This document shows, one piece after another, positions 1-9,724 of a stretch of DNA of 64,000 nucleotides. The stretch comes from Candidatus Woesearchaeota archaeon. Its GTDB lineage: Archaea; Nanobdellota; Nanobdellia; Woesearchaeales; GW2011-AR15. The position numbers and the translations under genes were made by a program. The notes beneath the pieces are model-generated. The model worked only from the letters and a program-made list of their open reading frames with translations. It was not told where the DNA came from and did no database searches. Location: positions 5,702-69,701 of the forward strand of contig JAFGRO010000003.1 in the NCBI GenBank assembly GCA_016935095.1. Reading direction: 5' to 3'. Within the stretch, counting starts at the first letter, position 1. Each line of letters starts with the position of its first letter.

Positions 1-222
1 CTAAATAAGATTATTGCATATTGTCATTTGGATCCAACTATCTTTCAGATAAACAGGACTATTGGCGGAGAAAGCCTTGAAATAGAGTTCCAGATTAAAT
101 CATTGAATGACCTGCATAAGAAGCTTGAGATGATGGAAAAGCAATTTCCAGATACATTTGAATTCTATGAATACTATGTTATATTAAATGAACTCAAAGT
201 CAAATACCTGCCGGAAGAATAA
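1..222 (+). CDS. hypothetical protein, 3' fragment (gene truncated by window start)
   Basis: Frame of the 28..222 ORF stays open back to nt 1; no diagnostic motif recognised. Confidence 0.4.
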   Translation, partial: LNKIIAYCHLDPTIFQINRTIGGESLEIEFQIKSLNDLHKKLEMMEKQFPDTFEFYEYYVILNELKVKYLPEE

Positions 223-225
223 TTA

Positions 226-1209
226 TTATTTCCCTTTCTCCAGTTTCTCCAGCATAAGTATTGCATAATACTGGAAAAAGACCCTTATCGGCAGCGTTAC
301 CAAAGATGAAGTATATATAAATGCAAAAAACAAGATTATGGCTAAAATAACTCCAATTATAATAAGTGGAACCAATAGTGCCTTAATTAGAATATAAATC
401 AAGTAACCAATCCCTAATAATAATAAAACAACTATTGCAAACAAGATTAATAAAAAAAATACTAAAAAAACACTTATTATTGCTGCCCCGACTCCCAGAA
501 CAATTTTCATAAACCAGTACAGGACAATCTGCAGCTTTTTTTTAAAAGCAATTTTTTTAAAATAAACCCATGCATACTTTACAGATTTGTTATTAAAGAA
601 CATAATCAGTATTAAAAATTCATTGACAATAAAATAAATAATCCCGATTATAAACACAATAATGAAAAAAACAAAAACCATAGGTATTAATAGCCAATAA
701 TTAAATTCTGCTAACCTATTGCTGAAAAAAGCCAGTATTATCGGCGAGAATATTGCAATAAAAACGGCAAAGTTAATCAGGCTGAATATTATTCTGAAAA
801 AAAACAAGGATGCTCCCAGTGCTTTGTTTTTAGAAAAGCTTTTCCTGATCTTTATTGTTTTATTGACAACACCATCAATAAAAATAAAATTAAAGACAGC
901 ATTAAGGTATGACAAGATTAAACCGAAAAACAGGAAGAATGAGAAGACAAGTCCTACTGCTAAACCATAATTAACCAGGAAGTCTAAAGCATTTGAATTT
1001 AATTTTGCAATCCATTCTCTAATATTAATACTTCCCTTAGGAAAATCAGAGGAATTAATGTTTTGTGAAATGTTATTCCCGGGAGAATAGTTATTTGAAC
1101 TAAACAAAGAAACAAGAGCCATTTTAAGCCAGTATTCCTTCTTTATAGGGAAGAGAAGCTGCTTTGTTTTTTTAAAGCAATCATTAATTATATCTATTGC
1201 ATATGCCAT
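226..1209 (-). CDS. polytopic membrane protein, unknown function
   Basis: 327 aa with many long hydrophobic helices (e.g. LILFAIVVLLLLGIGYLIYILI); no catalytic motif recognised. Confidence 0.6.
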   Translation of the reverse strand: MAYAIDIINDCFKKTKQLLFPIKKEYWLKMALVSLFSSNNYSPGNNISQNINSSDFPKGSINIREWIAKLNSNALDFLVNYGLAVGLVFSFFLFFGLILSYLNAVFNFIFIDGVVNKTIKIRKSFSKNKALGASLFFFRIIFSLINFAVFIAIFSPIILAFFSNRLAEFNYWLLIPMVFVFFIIVFIIGIIYFIVNEFLILIMFFNNKSVKYAWVYFKKIAFKKKLQIVLYWFMKIVLGVGAAIISVFLVFFLLILFAIVVLLLLGIGYLIYILIKALLVPLIIIGVILAIILFFAFIYTSSLVTLPIRVFFQYYAILMLEKLEKGK

Positions 1210-1250
1210 TCAAGAATTAAATTTGAATTACAATAAAAACTTTTTGAAAA

Positions 1251-1937
1251 TTACCTTGTAAAATGCTCAATTTCCTTTTTACTTAATTTTCTTAGCTGTC
1301 CTGGTTCCAGTCCTCTCAAATTAATATCAGCTATCCTGGTTCTTATCAAGTTTATGACTTTATATCCTAATTTCTCAAACATTCTCTTTACAATATGTTT
1401 CTTGCCTTCATGTATTGTTAATTCGATAATTGTTGGTTTAATTGTTTTTACAGCAGCAGGCCTTGTTTTCCCGTCATCTAATTTAATTCCTGACCTTAGG
1501 TTTTCGAGAGAATCTTTTTTTAGTTCTTTGTCAATATAAACAAGGTATGTTTTTTTTGTTTCATACCGCGGATGAGTGATTCTGTTTGCAAAATCACCGT
1601 CATTTGTCAAAATCAGGAGACCTTCTGCATCGTAATCCAGTCTCCCGGCATAAAAAACCCTCTCTTTGATGTTAAGTAAATCATAAATGGTTTTTTTGTT
1701 TGCTTCCGGCTTTGCACTGCAAATTATATTTTTTGGCTTATAAAAAGCATAATAGACTTTTTTCTGTAAAAAAACCGTTTTTCCGTTAACAAGAATCCTG
1801 TCTTTTTCAGGATTGGCCTTATCTCCCAGCTTTATTTTTTTGCCATTGACAGTTACAAGGCCTTTTTCAATTAGCTCCTCGGCTTTCCTGCGGGAGCATA
1901 ATCCTGAAGAGGCAATTATTTTCTGGACACGCTGCAT
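1251..1937 (-). CDS. pseudouridine synthase, RsuA/RluB family, with N-terminal S4 domain
   Basis: S4-like SGLCSRRKAEELIEKGLVTVNGK; catalytic-loop motif GRLDYDAEGLLILTNDG; HPRYE..KTYLV. Confidence 0.85.
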   Translation of the reverse strand: MQRVQKIIASSGLCSRRKAEELIEKGLVTVNGKKIKLGDKANPEKDRILVNGKTVFLQKKVYYAFYKPKNIICSAKPEANKKTIYDLLNIKERVFYAGRLDYDAEGLLILTNDGDFANRITHPRYETKKTYLVYIDKELKKDSLENLRSGIKLDDGKTRPAAVKTIKPTIIELTIHEGKKHIVKRMFEKLGYKVINLIRTRIADINLRGLEPGQLRKLSKKEIEHFTR

Positions 1938-2004
1938 ACTTTCATAATATAAAAAAAGATTTATATACTTTCTTATTTATTATAAATTAAAAGAGGTGAT
2001 GTTC

Positions 2005-2241
2005 ATGTCTAAAAAAAGAATAATTGTTCCGCCAATATCAGGAGGATATATGGCTGCTTCTATGCTCGGGTTTTTTATTTCTGCAATATATGTCTTCCCT
2101 AAAAGTCCGCCATGGGGGTTGGCATTCTGCATTGTTTTTGTAGTAATGTTTCTCTCAGCTGTAAAATCAATGACTTATGCAGATCCGGAAATGTTTGTTG
2201 AATTAGAGACAAAAAAAAAGAAAAAAATTAAGAAACAGTGA
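2005..2241 (+). CDS. small membrane protein with poly-Lys tail
   Basis: GAGGTGAT Shine-Dalgarno 4 nt before ATG 2005; two hydrophobic helices; C-terminal KKKKKIKK. Confidence 0.45.
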   Translation: MSKKRIIVPPISGGYMAASMLGFFISAIYVFPKSPPWGLAFCIVFVVMFLSAVKSMTYADPEMFVELETKKKKKIKKQ

Positions 2242-2533
2242 ACTTTTCATCAAACTTTTCCTTTGCTTTTCTTTCTTTGAAATATACTTCATGGGATGCC
2301 CTTTTTTCAAACAATGCTATTGCAATATTTATTTTATCTGTCTGGAATGGCTTCAGGTTTTTTTCCTGCATAATCTTATCTGCATCATCAATGCATTCCT
2401 TCATTAAATTGATATTTTCTCTCCTTGCAATTTCCTCTTGTTCTTTTTCTTCGGCATCGGTTAATGTGATTTCCTCCCATACTGGATAAGTGCTCTTATC
2501 AGTGGTTCTTGGAAATGTTTTGTAAAACACCAT
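2228..2533 (-). CDS. hypothetical acidic helical protein
   Basis: GGGTGAT SD before ATG at 2533; lies directly downstream of the HerA-like ATPase; no motif recognised. Confidence 0.4.
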   Translation of the reverse strand: MVFYKTFPRTTDKSTYPVWEEITLTDAEEKEQEEIARRENINLMKECIDDADKIMQEKNLKPFQTDKINIAIALFEKRASHEVYFKERKAKEKFDEKFTVS

Positions 2534-2575
2534 ATAAATCACCCAAAAAGGAGTATAATCTATAAATTTAAAAAA

Positions 2576-3901
2576 CTATTCAAAATCAAAAACCTTTTTT
2601 TCTTTATTTACAGCCATTGGCGCCTCGCCGCCATGCCATGTAAATCTCGGCCTTACTCTTATCGGATACATCTTCTCATTGTTATCATCAAGAATTATTG
2701 CTGCGCCTTTGACTCTAGGCAGTTCATTTAAAAACTTATCAAGGCCTTCCCTCATGTATGACTGCATCAGCATGCCAAGTGCATCTGTATCAAGTTTTGC
2801 CGTGATCCTGTGAGAGATTATTGTATCACTCTGTGTCATGACATCAGTATGAATCTTTCCAGGCTGCTGTGAAGCCAGAATAAGGGATATTCCCGGCTGG
2901 CGGCCCTCTCTGAGGATTGTAACTAACGGGTCTGTTGCCATTGTCTTGCCTTTATTAGGAAGGAATTCATGGGCCTCATCAATCACCAGCCATACTAGCG
3001 GAAATTCCTGTTTTTTAGGTTTATCTTCATCTGCGAAATAATGGACTGCCTGATGAACATCTTCATATTCTTCGTTTCTTCTTGCAACCATTCTCTGTAA
3101 AAAAAGTTTTTGTGCAATCAATCCAATTACCAATGCCTTTATCTCCCAGCCGCCCGGCATTGTAGCATAACAGCTGACATCCAATACAGTTACCTGGCCG
3201 CCTTTTGCAAGCTCATTTAGAGGTGTGCCTTTTTTATCAAATATCCCCCAGTTTTTGCAATTAAGAAATCTGTTCACTGCAGCATTAACAACTTCTTTTT
3301 CTGTTTCATTGTCTCTTTTCAATTCTTCAATAACCTCATCAACATCAAATTCCTGTTGCCTTTGCTTTATTTTATGGATTGTACCTTCAATTAAAACACC
3401 TACCGGATCATTCCTGTCTATATTAAAAGTCATGCACCAGTCCTCTGCATTTAACTCGCTTGGCTTGATTGAAAAAGGAAAATCCGTCGGGATGCCCTTT
3501 TCTTTAAAATCATCATAATATCCTTTTGGAGTATAAATCTTGACATCAAGACCTTTAGATTTCAGATTCCATTGGTCCAGAAGCTCTTTGTCCTTATGGT
3601 TAGGATATTTCATTGTCCAGTAAATGCCCATTGTATCAAGAAGAATAAAACTGAGGTTTTGTTTGATTTCTCTGGGTAGGTCAGCCATTCCCTCTGCTAT
3701 AACCCCCATTGTATAAGACTTGCCGCCGCCGCGCTTTCCGCATACGAAAACAATATGAGAACGAGCTACATCCAAGTATACATTATTTGACAGGGAAGTT
3801 GTTCTTCCCATTTTGATATAATGTTTTCCCAAAAGGATAACTCCTTTATCACCGAATTTTTCTAAATCCGCCTGATTCCTGCCAATAATAATATCATACA
3901 T
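2576..3901 (-). CDS. HerA/DUF87-type P-loop ATPase
   Basis: Walker A GKRGGGKS, Walker B LVWLVIDEAHEF, HerA/FtsK-like layout. Confidence 0.7.
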   Translation of the reverse strand: MYDIIIGRNQADLEKFGDKGVILLGKHYIKMGRTTSLSNNVYLDVARSHIVFVCGKRGGGKSYTMGVIAEGMADLPREIKQNLSFILLDTMGIYWTMKYPNHKDKELLDQWNLKSKGLDVKIYTPKGYYDDFKEKGIPTDFPFSIKPSELNAEDWCMTFNIDRNDPVGVLIEGTIHKIKQRQQEFDVDEVIEELKRDNETEKEVVNAAVNRFLNCKNWGIFDKKGTPLNELAKGGQVTVLDVSCYATMPGGWEIKALVIGLIAQKLFLQRMVARRNEEYEDVHQAVHYFADEDKPKKQEFPLVWLVIDEAHEFLPNKGKTMATDPLVTILREGRQPGISLILASQQPGKIHTDVMTQSDTIISHRITAKLDTDALGMLMQSYMREGLDKFLNELPRVKGAAIILDDNNEKMYPIRVRPRFTWHGGEAPMAVNKEKKVFDFE

Positions 3902-3985
3902 GAGTTAAATACAAGAACGCATGGTTTAAATAATTTATCAAAATTTTACAAAATTTTTTAAATCCAATAAAAATAAAATATTTTA

Positions 3986-5140
3986 ATGGACAAGCTAAAA
4001 AAAGCTTATTTTACTGCAATTAAATGCTTAAGAAGCAGATACCAGGAGAAAGGCATATTTGCAGGAAGCCATCATTTTGATGATTATTGGGCCAGGGATA
4101 GTTTTTTTGCAAGCTTGGGCGCACTTGAATTAGAAGATTATGATATTGTCAAAAAGAATTTACAATTGTTTTTAGACTTTCAAAGAGAAAACGGGCAGAT
4201 TCCGCTTAGAGTCGGAAGCTCTACCGTAGGTATTGTGTTAAAAGGGATTGGTATAAAGACCAGAAGAAAAGACATTCCAAGATATTTTCAGGACAAGGGA
4301 AGAAATCCTGCAACAGACCAGAATTCCTTATTATTAATGTGTTTTTATAATTACATTAAAAAAACCAGGGATATTGATTTTTTAAAACAAAACATCCTAA
4401 AATTAGAAAGATGCATTGAATGGAATCTCAAACAGGATAATGATAATGATTTATTAATGGAAGAGAAATGTTATGCAACATGGGCTGATAATGTAAAGAA
4501 AAGGGGCAAAGTTCTTTATACAAATATTTGTCATTGTCATGCACTATTCTGTGTTTCTGAATTATTCAACATAATTGAAGGCAAGGAGAACAAAGAAAAA
4601 TATTTTAGACTTCATGAAAAAACCAAAAAAAGAATAAATGAAGTGTTTTGGAATGGGCATTATTATATGGACTGGATTGATGATCATGCTTATAATTATT
4701 TATCTACAGACGGAAATATCCTTTCAATAATTTGGAATATTACCGATAAAAATAAATCAAAAAAGATTCAGGAATCATTAGAAAATTTCGGAATAAACAG
4801 GTTTGTTCCAAGCTTGACAAACATGCCCCAATACCCATTTAATAAAGCTTCATCCATGCTGTTAAGGTTTATTTGGCTGGGTGACTATCAAAATAGAATC
4901 TGCTGGACCTGGCTGGGTTGTTTAGATGCTGTTGCAAAATTTAAACTTAACTTGAGAAAAGAAGCACAGAAAGTGTTAGAAAAAATTGCTGATGTTATTG
5001 TCAAAGATAATAATGTTTATGAAGTCTATGAACAATCAGGCAGACCTGTAAAAAGGTTATTTTACAAATCAGAATATAATTTTGCATGGAGCGCTGGATT
5101 GTTTGTATGGGCTTATAAAATGTTAGAAAACAAAAAGTAA
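3986..5140 (+). CDS. glycogen-debranching-enzyme-like (alpha/alpha)6 glycoside hydrolase
   Basis: GIFAGSHHFDDYWARDSFFASLGAL motif typical of the amylo-alpha-1,6-glucosidase C-terminal family. Confidence 0.6.
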   Translation: MDKLKKAYFTAIKCLRSRYQEKGIFAGSHHFDDYWARDSFFASLGALELEDYDIVKKNLQLFLDFQRENGQIPLRVGSSTVGIVLKGIGIKTRRKDIPRYFQDKGRNPATDQNSLLLMCFYNYIKKTRDIDFLKQNILKLERCIEWNLKQDNDNDLLMEEKCYATWADNVKKRGKVLYTNICHCHALFCVSELFNIIEGKENKEKYFRLHEKTKKRINEVFWNGHYYMDWIDDHAYNYLSTDGNILSIIWNITDKNKSKKIQESLENFGINRFVPSLTNMPQYPFNKASSMLLRFIWLGDYQNRICWTWLGCLDAVAKFKLNLRKEAQKVLEKIADVIVKDNNVYEVYEQSGRPVKRLFYKSEYNFAWSAGLFVWAYKMLENKK

Positions 5141-5142
5141 TC

Positions 5143-5997
5143 TCAAAAAAGTTTATCTTTTATCTTTTTAATATTATCAATAAAAAAATAAAGAATTCCT
5201 TGGAAAAGATGTAAACTAATTTTTAATTTATTATATCTATTGCCATATCCAAAATTTTTAACGACCCTCCAAAAAGACACATTTCCTGCATTGTGGACAA
5301 CAGGGATTTTTTCCCCGTTATTCAGATAAAAGATTCCCTTACGAATATAAAATTTCCCATGACTTGTTGAAACGAGAAAATTATATTTTTTTTCTAATTC
5401 ATTGAACCCATCTCTATAAAAGATATAATTAACAGCAATCTGATCAGGTCCGAATTTGGATTTATCGGTTATTAAAAAATTAATTTCCTCGCATAATTTC
5501 CTAAATTTGTTAGCAGGAGATACAATAACCCCTGCATTTACCATCTTTTTACCTTTGATCATTGCTTTAATTTTATAGCAATCTTCTTTTTTAAAAAATT
5601 GTTTAAAAAAGAGATCGTCAAATGCAAGATTTACATCTTCATAAACAGCTTGAAATGATTTCTTATTTTTTTCAAAAATATCACTAATATCTGCCTGAAA
5701 GATAACATCACCGCCATCAACTGATAAAACCAGATAATATTTGTGTTTTCTAAGGAAATTTGCCATATCCCTGAATCTTAAAATAACTACATGCCCGTCT
5801 CTTTTGCATTTTTCAACAATAACTTTTTCTTTTTTTAATTTAGAAACCTGCTCTTTAGTCAAACCATAATCCAGAACCACTATGTCTATGTTCTTTAAAT
5901 TAACATTTTCTTTCAAAGAATTTAACCAGTGGTCTGTTAAAAAATCACCGTATTTAGAATCACACGCTGTAAAAATAACATTCTTAATAAGATTCAC
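5143..5997 (-). CDS. putative GT-A fold glycosyltransferase
   Basis: Rossmann-like N-terminus, DGGD (DxD-like) motif; 4-nt overlap with the upstream GT4 gene. Confidence 0.45.
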   Translation of the reverse strand: MNLIKNVIFTACDSKYGDFLTDHWLNSLKENVNLKNIDIVVLDYGLTKEQVSKLKKEKVIVEKCKRDGHVVILRFRDMANFLRKHKYYLVLSVDGGDVIFQADISDIFEKNKKSFQAVYEDVNLAFDDLFFKQFFKKEDCYKIKAMIKGKKMVNAGVIVSPANKFRKLCEEINFLITDKSKFGPDQIAVNYIFYRDGFNELEKKYNFLVSTSHGKFYIRKGIFYLNNGEKIPVVHNAGNVSFWRVVKNFGYGNRYNKLKISLHLFQGILYFFIDNIKKIKDKLF

Positions 5998-7346
5998 CTT
6001 TTCCTTAGTTTTAATTTGGGTTTTATTTTTTCTTTTATTAATTTCCTGTATTTTTCTCTTAATTCAAGGAATCTCTCCTCTAGTTTATCTCTCTGAAGTT
6101 GTTTATCTAAATTCTTTTTGAATTTTTCATAGTTTAATTTTATTTTTTTTATTCTGGTGTTTTTCATCTGGTGTTTTTTAATTAATGTTTCATAAATATC
6201 CGCTAATTCAGATGAAGTTTTTCTTATTGAATGAGTCTGTATTAATTTAAGTGAATTTTGTCCAAGCCTTTGCCTAAGCCTTTTATTTTTAATTATCATT
6301 ATAATGAATTTTGCCATATCAAAATAATCATCAGGCTCTGTTAAAAAACCATTCTTGTTATGCTTCACTAATTCAGGAACTGCTTTTGCATTTACAGCAA
6401 CAATCGGCATGCCAAAAGACATTGCCTCCATTATGCAGACACCCTGGGTCTCAGATTTGCTAGCTGTCACAAAAATGTCTCCTGCCCTCATTACATTTTT
6501 TTCAATAATTATTTCATTAGATATTTTTCCGGCAAGGATAACATTATTCTGTAATTTAAGCTTTTTAATAGTTCTTCTGAATTCACCCATGTAAGGCCCG
6601 TCTCCAATAATAATAAACTTTGTATCCGGGTATTCAATTAAAACAATTTTAAAAGCTTTTAAAGCAATATCAAGACCTTTCTCTACAGAGACTCTGCCAA
6701 CACAGATTAGATTTAGATTAGAATCCAAACCATATTTTCTTTTGAATTTTTTTAATTCAGTTGTATCTTTTGTTTTAGGCAGTTTTATTCCATTAGAAAG
6801 CACTTTTGGTCTCTTTTTTAGTTTATGGACTCTAAGATCTTTTGCTGCTGCTCTTGAAGGTGTTAATACAAGATCGCTCCTGTTGTGAAAAAGCATAGAA
6901 TAATTCCAGACTATTCTCTGTGCAAGTTTAACCTTTTCTAGTTTTGCATTTTTCAGATATTCAGGATTCCCAAAAAAGGTGTGAAATGTGCTAACAACAG
7001 GCAAATTCAGGACTTTTGCACAAATCAACCCTTCCCAGCCAACGCCCCCTTCGGTCTGTGCATGAATAATCTCGGGCTCAAATGTTTTCAATATCCTGAT
7101 TGATTTAAGTGCTGTTGGAAATGCCAGATCCATCCCTTTGTAAAAGGGGAATTCAAAAGTGGCTGGTAAACCAACGACACTGATATTAGAATGATATGAA
7201 TTCACCTTATCCAATCTTTTATAAGTCGGACAGAAGATAATTATTTTATGGCCTTTTTTTGCCAGCTCATATGTCTGATTAACAATTGCAGTGGTTACAC
7301 CGCTAACATATGGAAGATAAGAATCTGTAAATACTGCAATTCTCAT
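5994..7346 (-). CDS. GT4 family glycosyltransferase with Lys-rich coiled-coil C-terminal tail
   Basis: MRIAVFTDSYLPYVSGV N-terminus; E-x7-E motif ETQGVCIMEAMSFGMPIV. Confidence 0.85.
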   Translation of the reverse strand: MRIAVFTDSYLPYVSGVTTAIVNQTYELAKKGHKIIIFCPTYKRLDKVNSYHSNISVVGLPATFEFPFYKGMDLAFPTALKSIRILKTFEPEIIHAQTEGGVGWEGLICAKVLNLPVVSTFHTFFGNPEYLKNAKLEKVKLAQRIVWNYSMLFHNRSDLVLTPSRAAAKDLRVHKLKKRPKVLSNGIKLPKTKDTTELKKFKRKYGLDSNLNLICVGRVSVEKGLDIALKAFKIVLIEYPDTKFIIIGDGPYMGEFRRTIKKLKLQNNVILAGKISNEIIIEKNVMRAGDIFVTASKSETQGVCIMEAMSFGMPIVAVNAKAVPELVKHNKNGFLTEPDDYFDMAKFIIMIIKNKRLRQRLGQNSLKLIQTHSIRKTSSELADIYETLIKKHQMKNTRIKKIKLNYEKFKKNLDKQLQRDKLEERFLELREKYRKLIKEKIKPKLKLRKR

Positions 7347-7379
7347 TGAGGTTAATAAAAGAAGGAATTATATAAAAAT

Positions 7380-9683
7380 CTATTTCTTTTTTTTCTTTTT
7401 ATTTTTTTTAGGCTTTTTTTTATAAGTTTTATTTAAAAGAAATATAGCCAATGCCAGGATAATGCATAAAACAATAATTATTTGAGTATAATAATCCAGT
7501 ATAAAGTCATTCAAAGAGAATTCTTTTACATTAAGAACATGCAGGTAAAATAAAGGAGAGACAGTAATGCCGCCTTTCCTGTCATCGGCAATAAAACTCA
7601 CTGTTTCAATTCCATACCATTCTTTTGCCGGAAACAGCTTTGCCGTCTGGGCAATTATTGAAATTGTAATGTTTCCTGTTCCTGACGCAGAAAAATTAAG
7701 TAAATCGCCGTCTGGATCCTCAAAATAATCATTCAGGTTAATAGTATAGATATGGTCTTCTTTCCAGGAATGATATAACCTTGAAGAGCAGACTGATTCA
7801 TCAAAATATGTCAAACATTCATTTTCGGTTATATCAATATTATTTTTATAAAAGAGATTAAAAAAATCTCTGAAAAACGGAAAACATGTATTTACTATAA
7901 TTAAAGCAATAATTATAAGTATCAATATCCAAATCAAGCAGGAGATTATGTTTTTGTCATATCTCAGTTTAAATAATAAAACAATTATCAAAATAAGAAT
8001 TATAAAAGAAATAAAGCCCAGACTTATAAAGCATTTAAATTTCCATACAAATTCTTTGAATGTATAGTCAAAAACTATGAAATAAATCTTTTTTTCATAT
8101 TGTTGTTCATTGTCTCTTTCCTGAATTTTAAATAGGATGGGATAAATCCCCTGTTTTGTCTGATTTCCTATATTTGCTGCCAGAGGAATTTCCTGACGCT
8201 CTTCTTTTTCAAGGGTGACTCGCACATCTTCAATTTCAAGCCAGTCAAAATCATCCTGGGTAAGCTCATATCTGGCTTCTTTTAATCCTGTGTTTTGTAT
8301 CTGTAACTTCTGTTCCTGTTCTCCATGCTTTACCCACAGTGAATTTGTCACTATCTCTGGTTTGTAGCAGTCATATAAGGAGATAACATCAAGATTTACA
8401 GATGCTTCTTTTGAAAAGGGTTTGTCTTTAACAACAGAATTCGCCTTAAGAGCATATTTACCTGTAAGAGAACCATCAATTTTCACAGGAATTTCCATTG
8501 ACTGTTCAGGAGACAAAGTAATATTTTGTTTTGTCAATGAAATAAAATCTGCTGATGTTGTTAAATCCACAATAAACTCTGTATTGAATTTTCCCTTGTT
8601 CTGAAGAACAAGGTTTAGTTCATTGTCATCAACACATATTTTATTATTTTCAAAATAAAAATCATAATCATAACAATTAATTACATTTACATTTATCTGT
8701 TTTTCAACAGTCAAATCTCCGTATTCGGATTCCGCGATTATTGGAATTAAGTATGAAGATTCTTGTTTTAGCTCAGGGTTAAATATTAGGTTTATTATTT
8801 TTTCTTCATATGGTTCTAGAATAATATCATTTTGGTCAAAATCAACCCAGGAAAAATCATTTTTAATTTGAAGAGAATATTTATTAGTTAAATTAACATG
8901 ATTGGTGATAGTTACTGGAATCCTTGTTTCAATTTTATTACAGGCTTCGGTTTGCTCTTGTAAGCTGATTGAAAAATTATAATCCCTTTCTATATTCAGG
9001 CTGAGGGGGATCTCTGCCTGTAATTTGCTTGTCCCTGTTTCAATTACCATAACAGGATTAGTTTGCCCGTAGACATCACAATCCGGCTCTAGGCTAAACC
9101 TGACTAATTCAGATGAATTCTGTTTAAGGTAGATGTTTAAAGGCAGATTAGCTTTGCCCTTAAAATCTTTTAAAGAAAAATAATATTTTTCATAATACTG
9201 TCCAGGATTGAACAGCTTAATTATAAAATCTGCTTTTGTGCAGGGAGTAATACTCGCACTTGTGTTTACAGCCCGGACAGCCAGGTTAGGACATTTTTCA
9301 ATATTAATTCCCTGAGTAAACTCTTTTTTCAAATTATTACTGGTTATAACAGAAAAAACTATGTCAAAATTATGAGAAACACCAGAAGGCAGATTAATAA
9401 TATGGATTATTTGTTTTGTTTCTTGCGGTTTTAAAAAAAAGGTATTCGGATAAATTGAAGAGTATTTACTATCTGAAACCACTTTGAACTGGGTTTCAAT
9501 ATTTCCTGTGTTTTTTATAATCAATTTTGTAGAAGCAAAACCAGTTTCACATATATCAATAATTTTAGTATATGAAACCTGAAAATCCAGAATTGGCTGA
9601 TATTCACTGACAATAATTTCTGAATTGGCAAAACTAATTAAAATGAGAAAAATGGACAAAACTGTAAGAAATAATCTTTTCAT
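7380..9683 (-). CDS. large multi-domain surface protein (signal peptide, Ig-like array, 3 TM segments, poly-Lys tail)
   Basis: N-terminal signal MKRLFLTVLSIFLILISFANS; two internal TM helices; DPDGD-containing cadherin/Ig-like domain; C-terminal TM plus KKKPKKNKKKKKK. Confidence 0.65.
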   Translation of the reverse strand: MKRLFLTVLSIFLILISFANSEIIVSEYQPILDFQVSYTKIIDICETGFASTKLIIKNTGNIETQFKVVSDSKYSSIYPNTFFLKPQETKQIIHIINLPSGVSHNFDIVFSVITSNNLKKEFTQGINIEKCPNLAVRAVNTSASITPCTKADFIIKLFNPGQYYEKYYFSLKDFKGKANLPLNIYLKQNSSELVRFSLEPDCDVYGQTNPVMVIETGTSKLQAEIPLSLNIERDYNFSISLQEQTEACNKIETRIPVTITNHVNLTNKYSLQIKNDFSWVDFDQNDIILEPYEEKIINLIFNPELKQESSYLIPIIAESEYGDLTVEKQINVNVINCYDYDFYFENNKICVDDNELNLVLQNKGKFNTEFIVDLTTSADFISLTKQNITLSPEQSMEIPVKIDGSLTGKYALKANSVVKDKPFSKEASVNLDVISLYDCYKPEIVTNSLWVKHGEQEQKLQIQNTGLKEARYELTQDDFDWLEIEDVRVTLEKEERQEIPLAANIGNQTKQGIYPILFKIQERDNEQQYEKKIYFIVFDYTFKEFVWKFKCFISLGFISFIILILIIVLLFKLRYDKNIISCLIWILILIIIALIIVNTCFPFFRDFFNLFYKNNIDITENECLTYFDESVCSSRLYHSWKEDHIYTINLNDYFEDPDGDLLNFSASGTGNITISIIAQTAKLFPAKEWYGIETVSFIADDRKGGITVSPLFYLHVLNVKEFSLNDFILDYYTQIIIVLCIILALAIFLLNKTYKKKPKKNKKKKKK

Positions 9684-9724
9684 AAAGTCCCCCCAACTAA
9701 TTCACCAAAAAAAAATAAAAAAAA

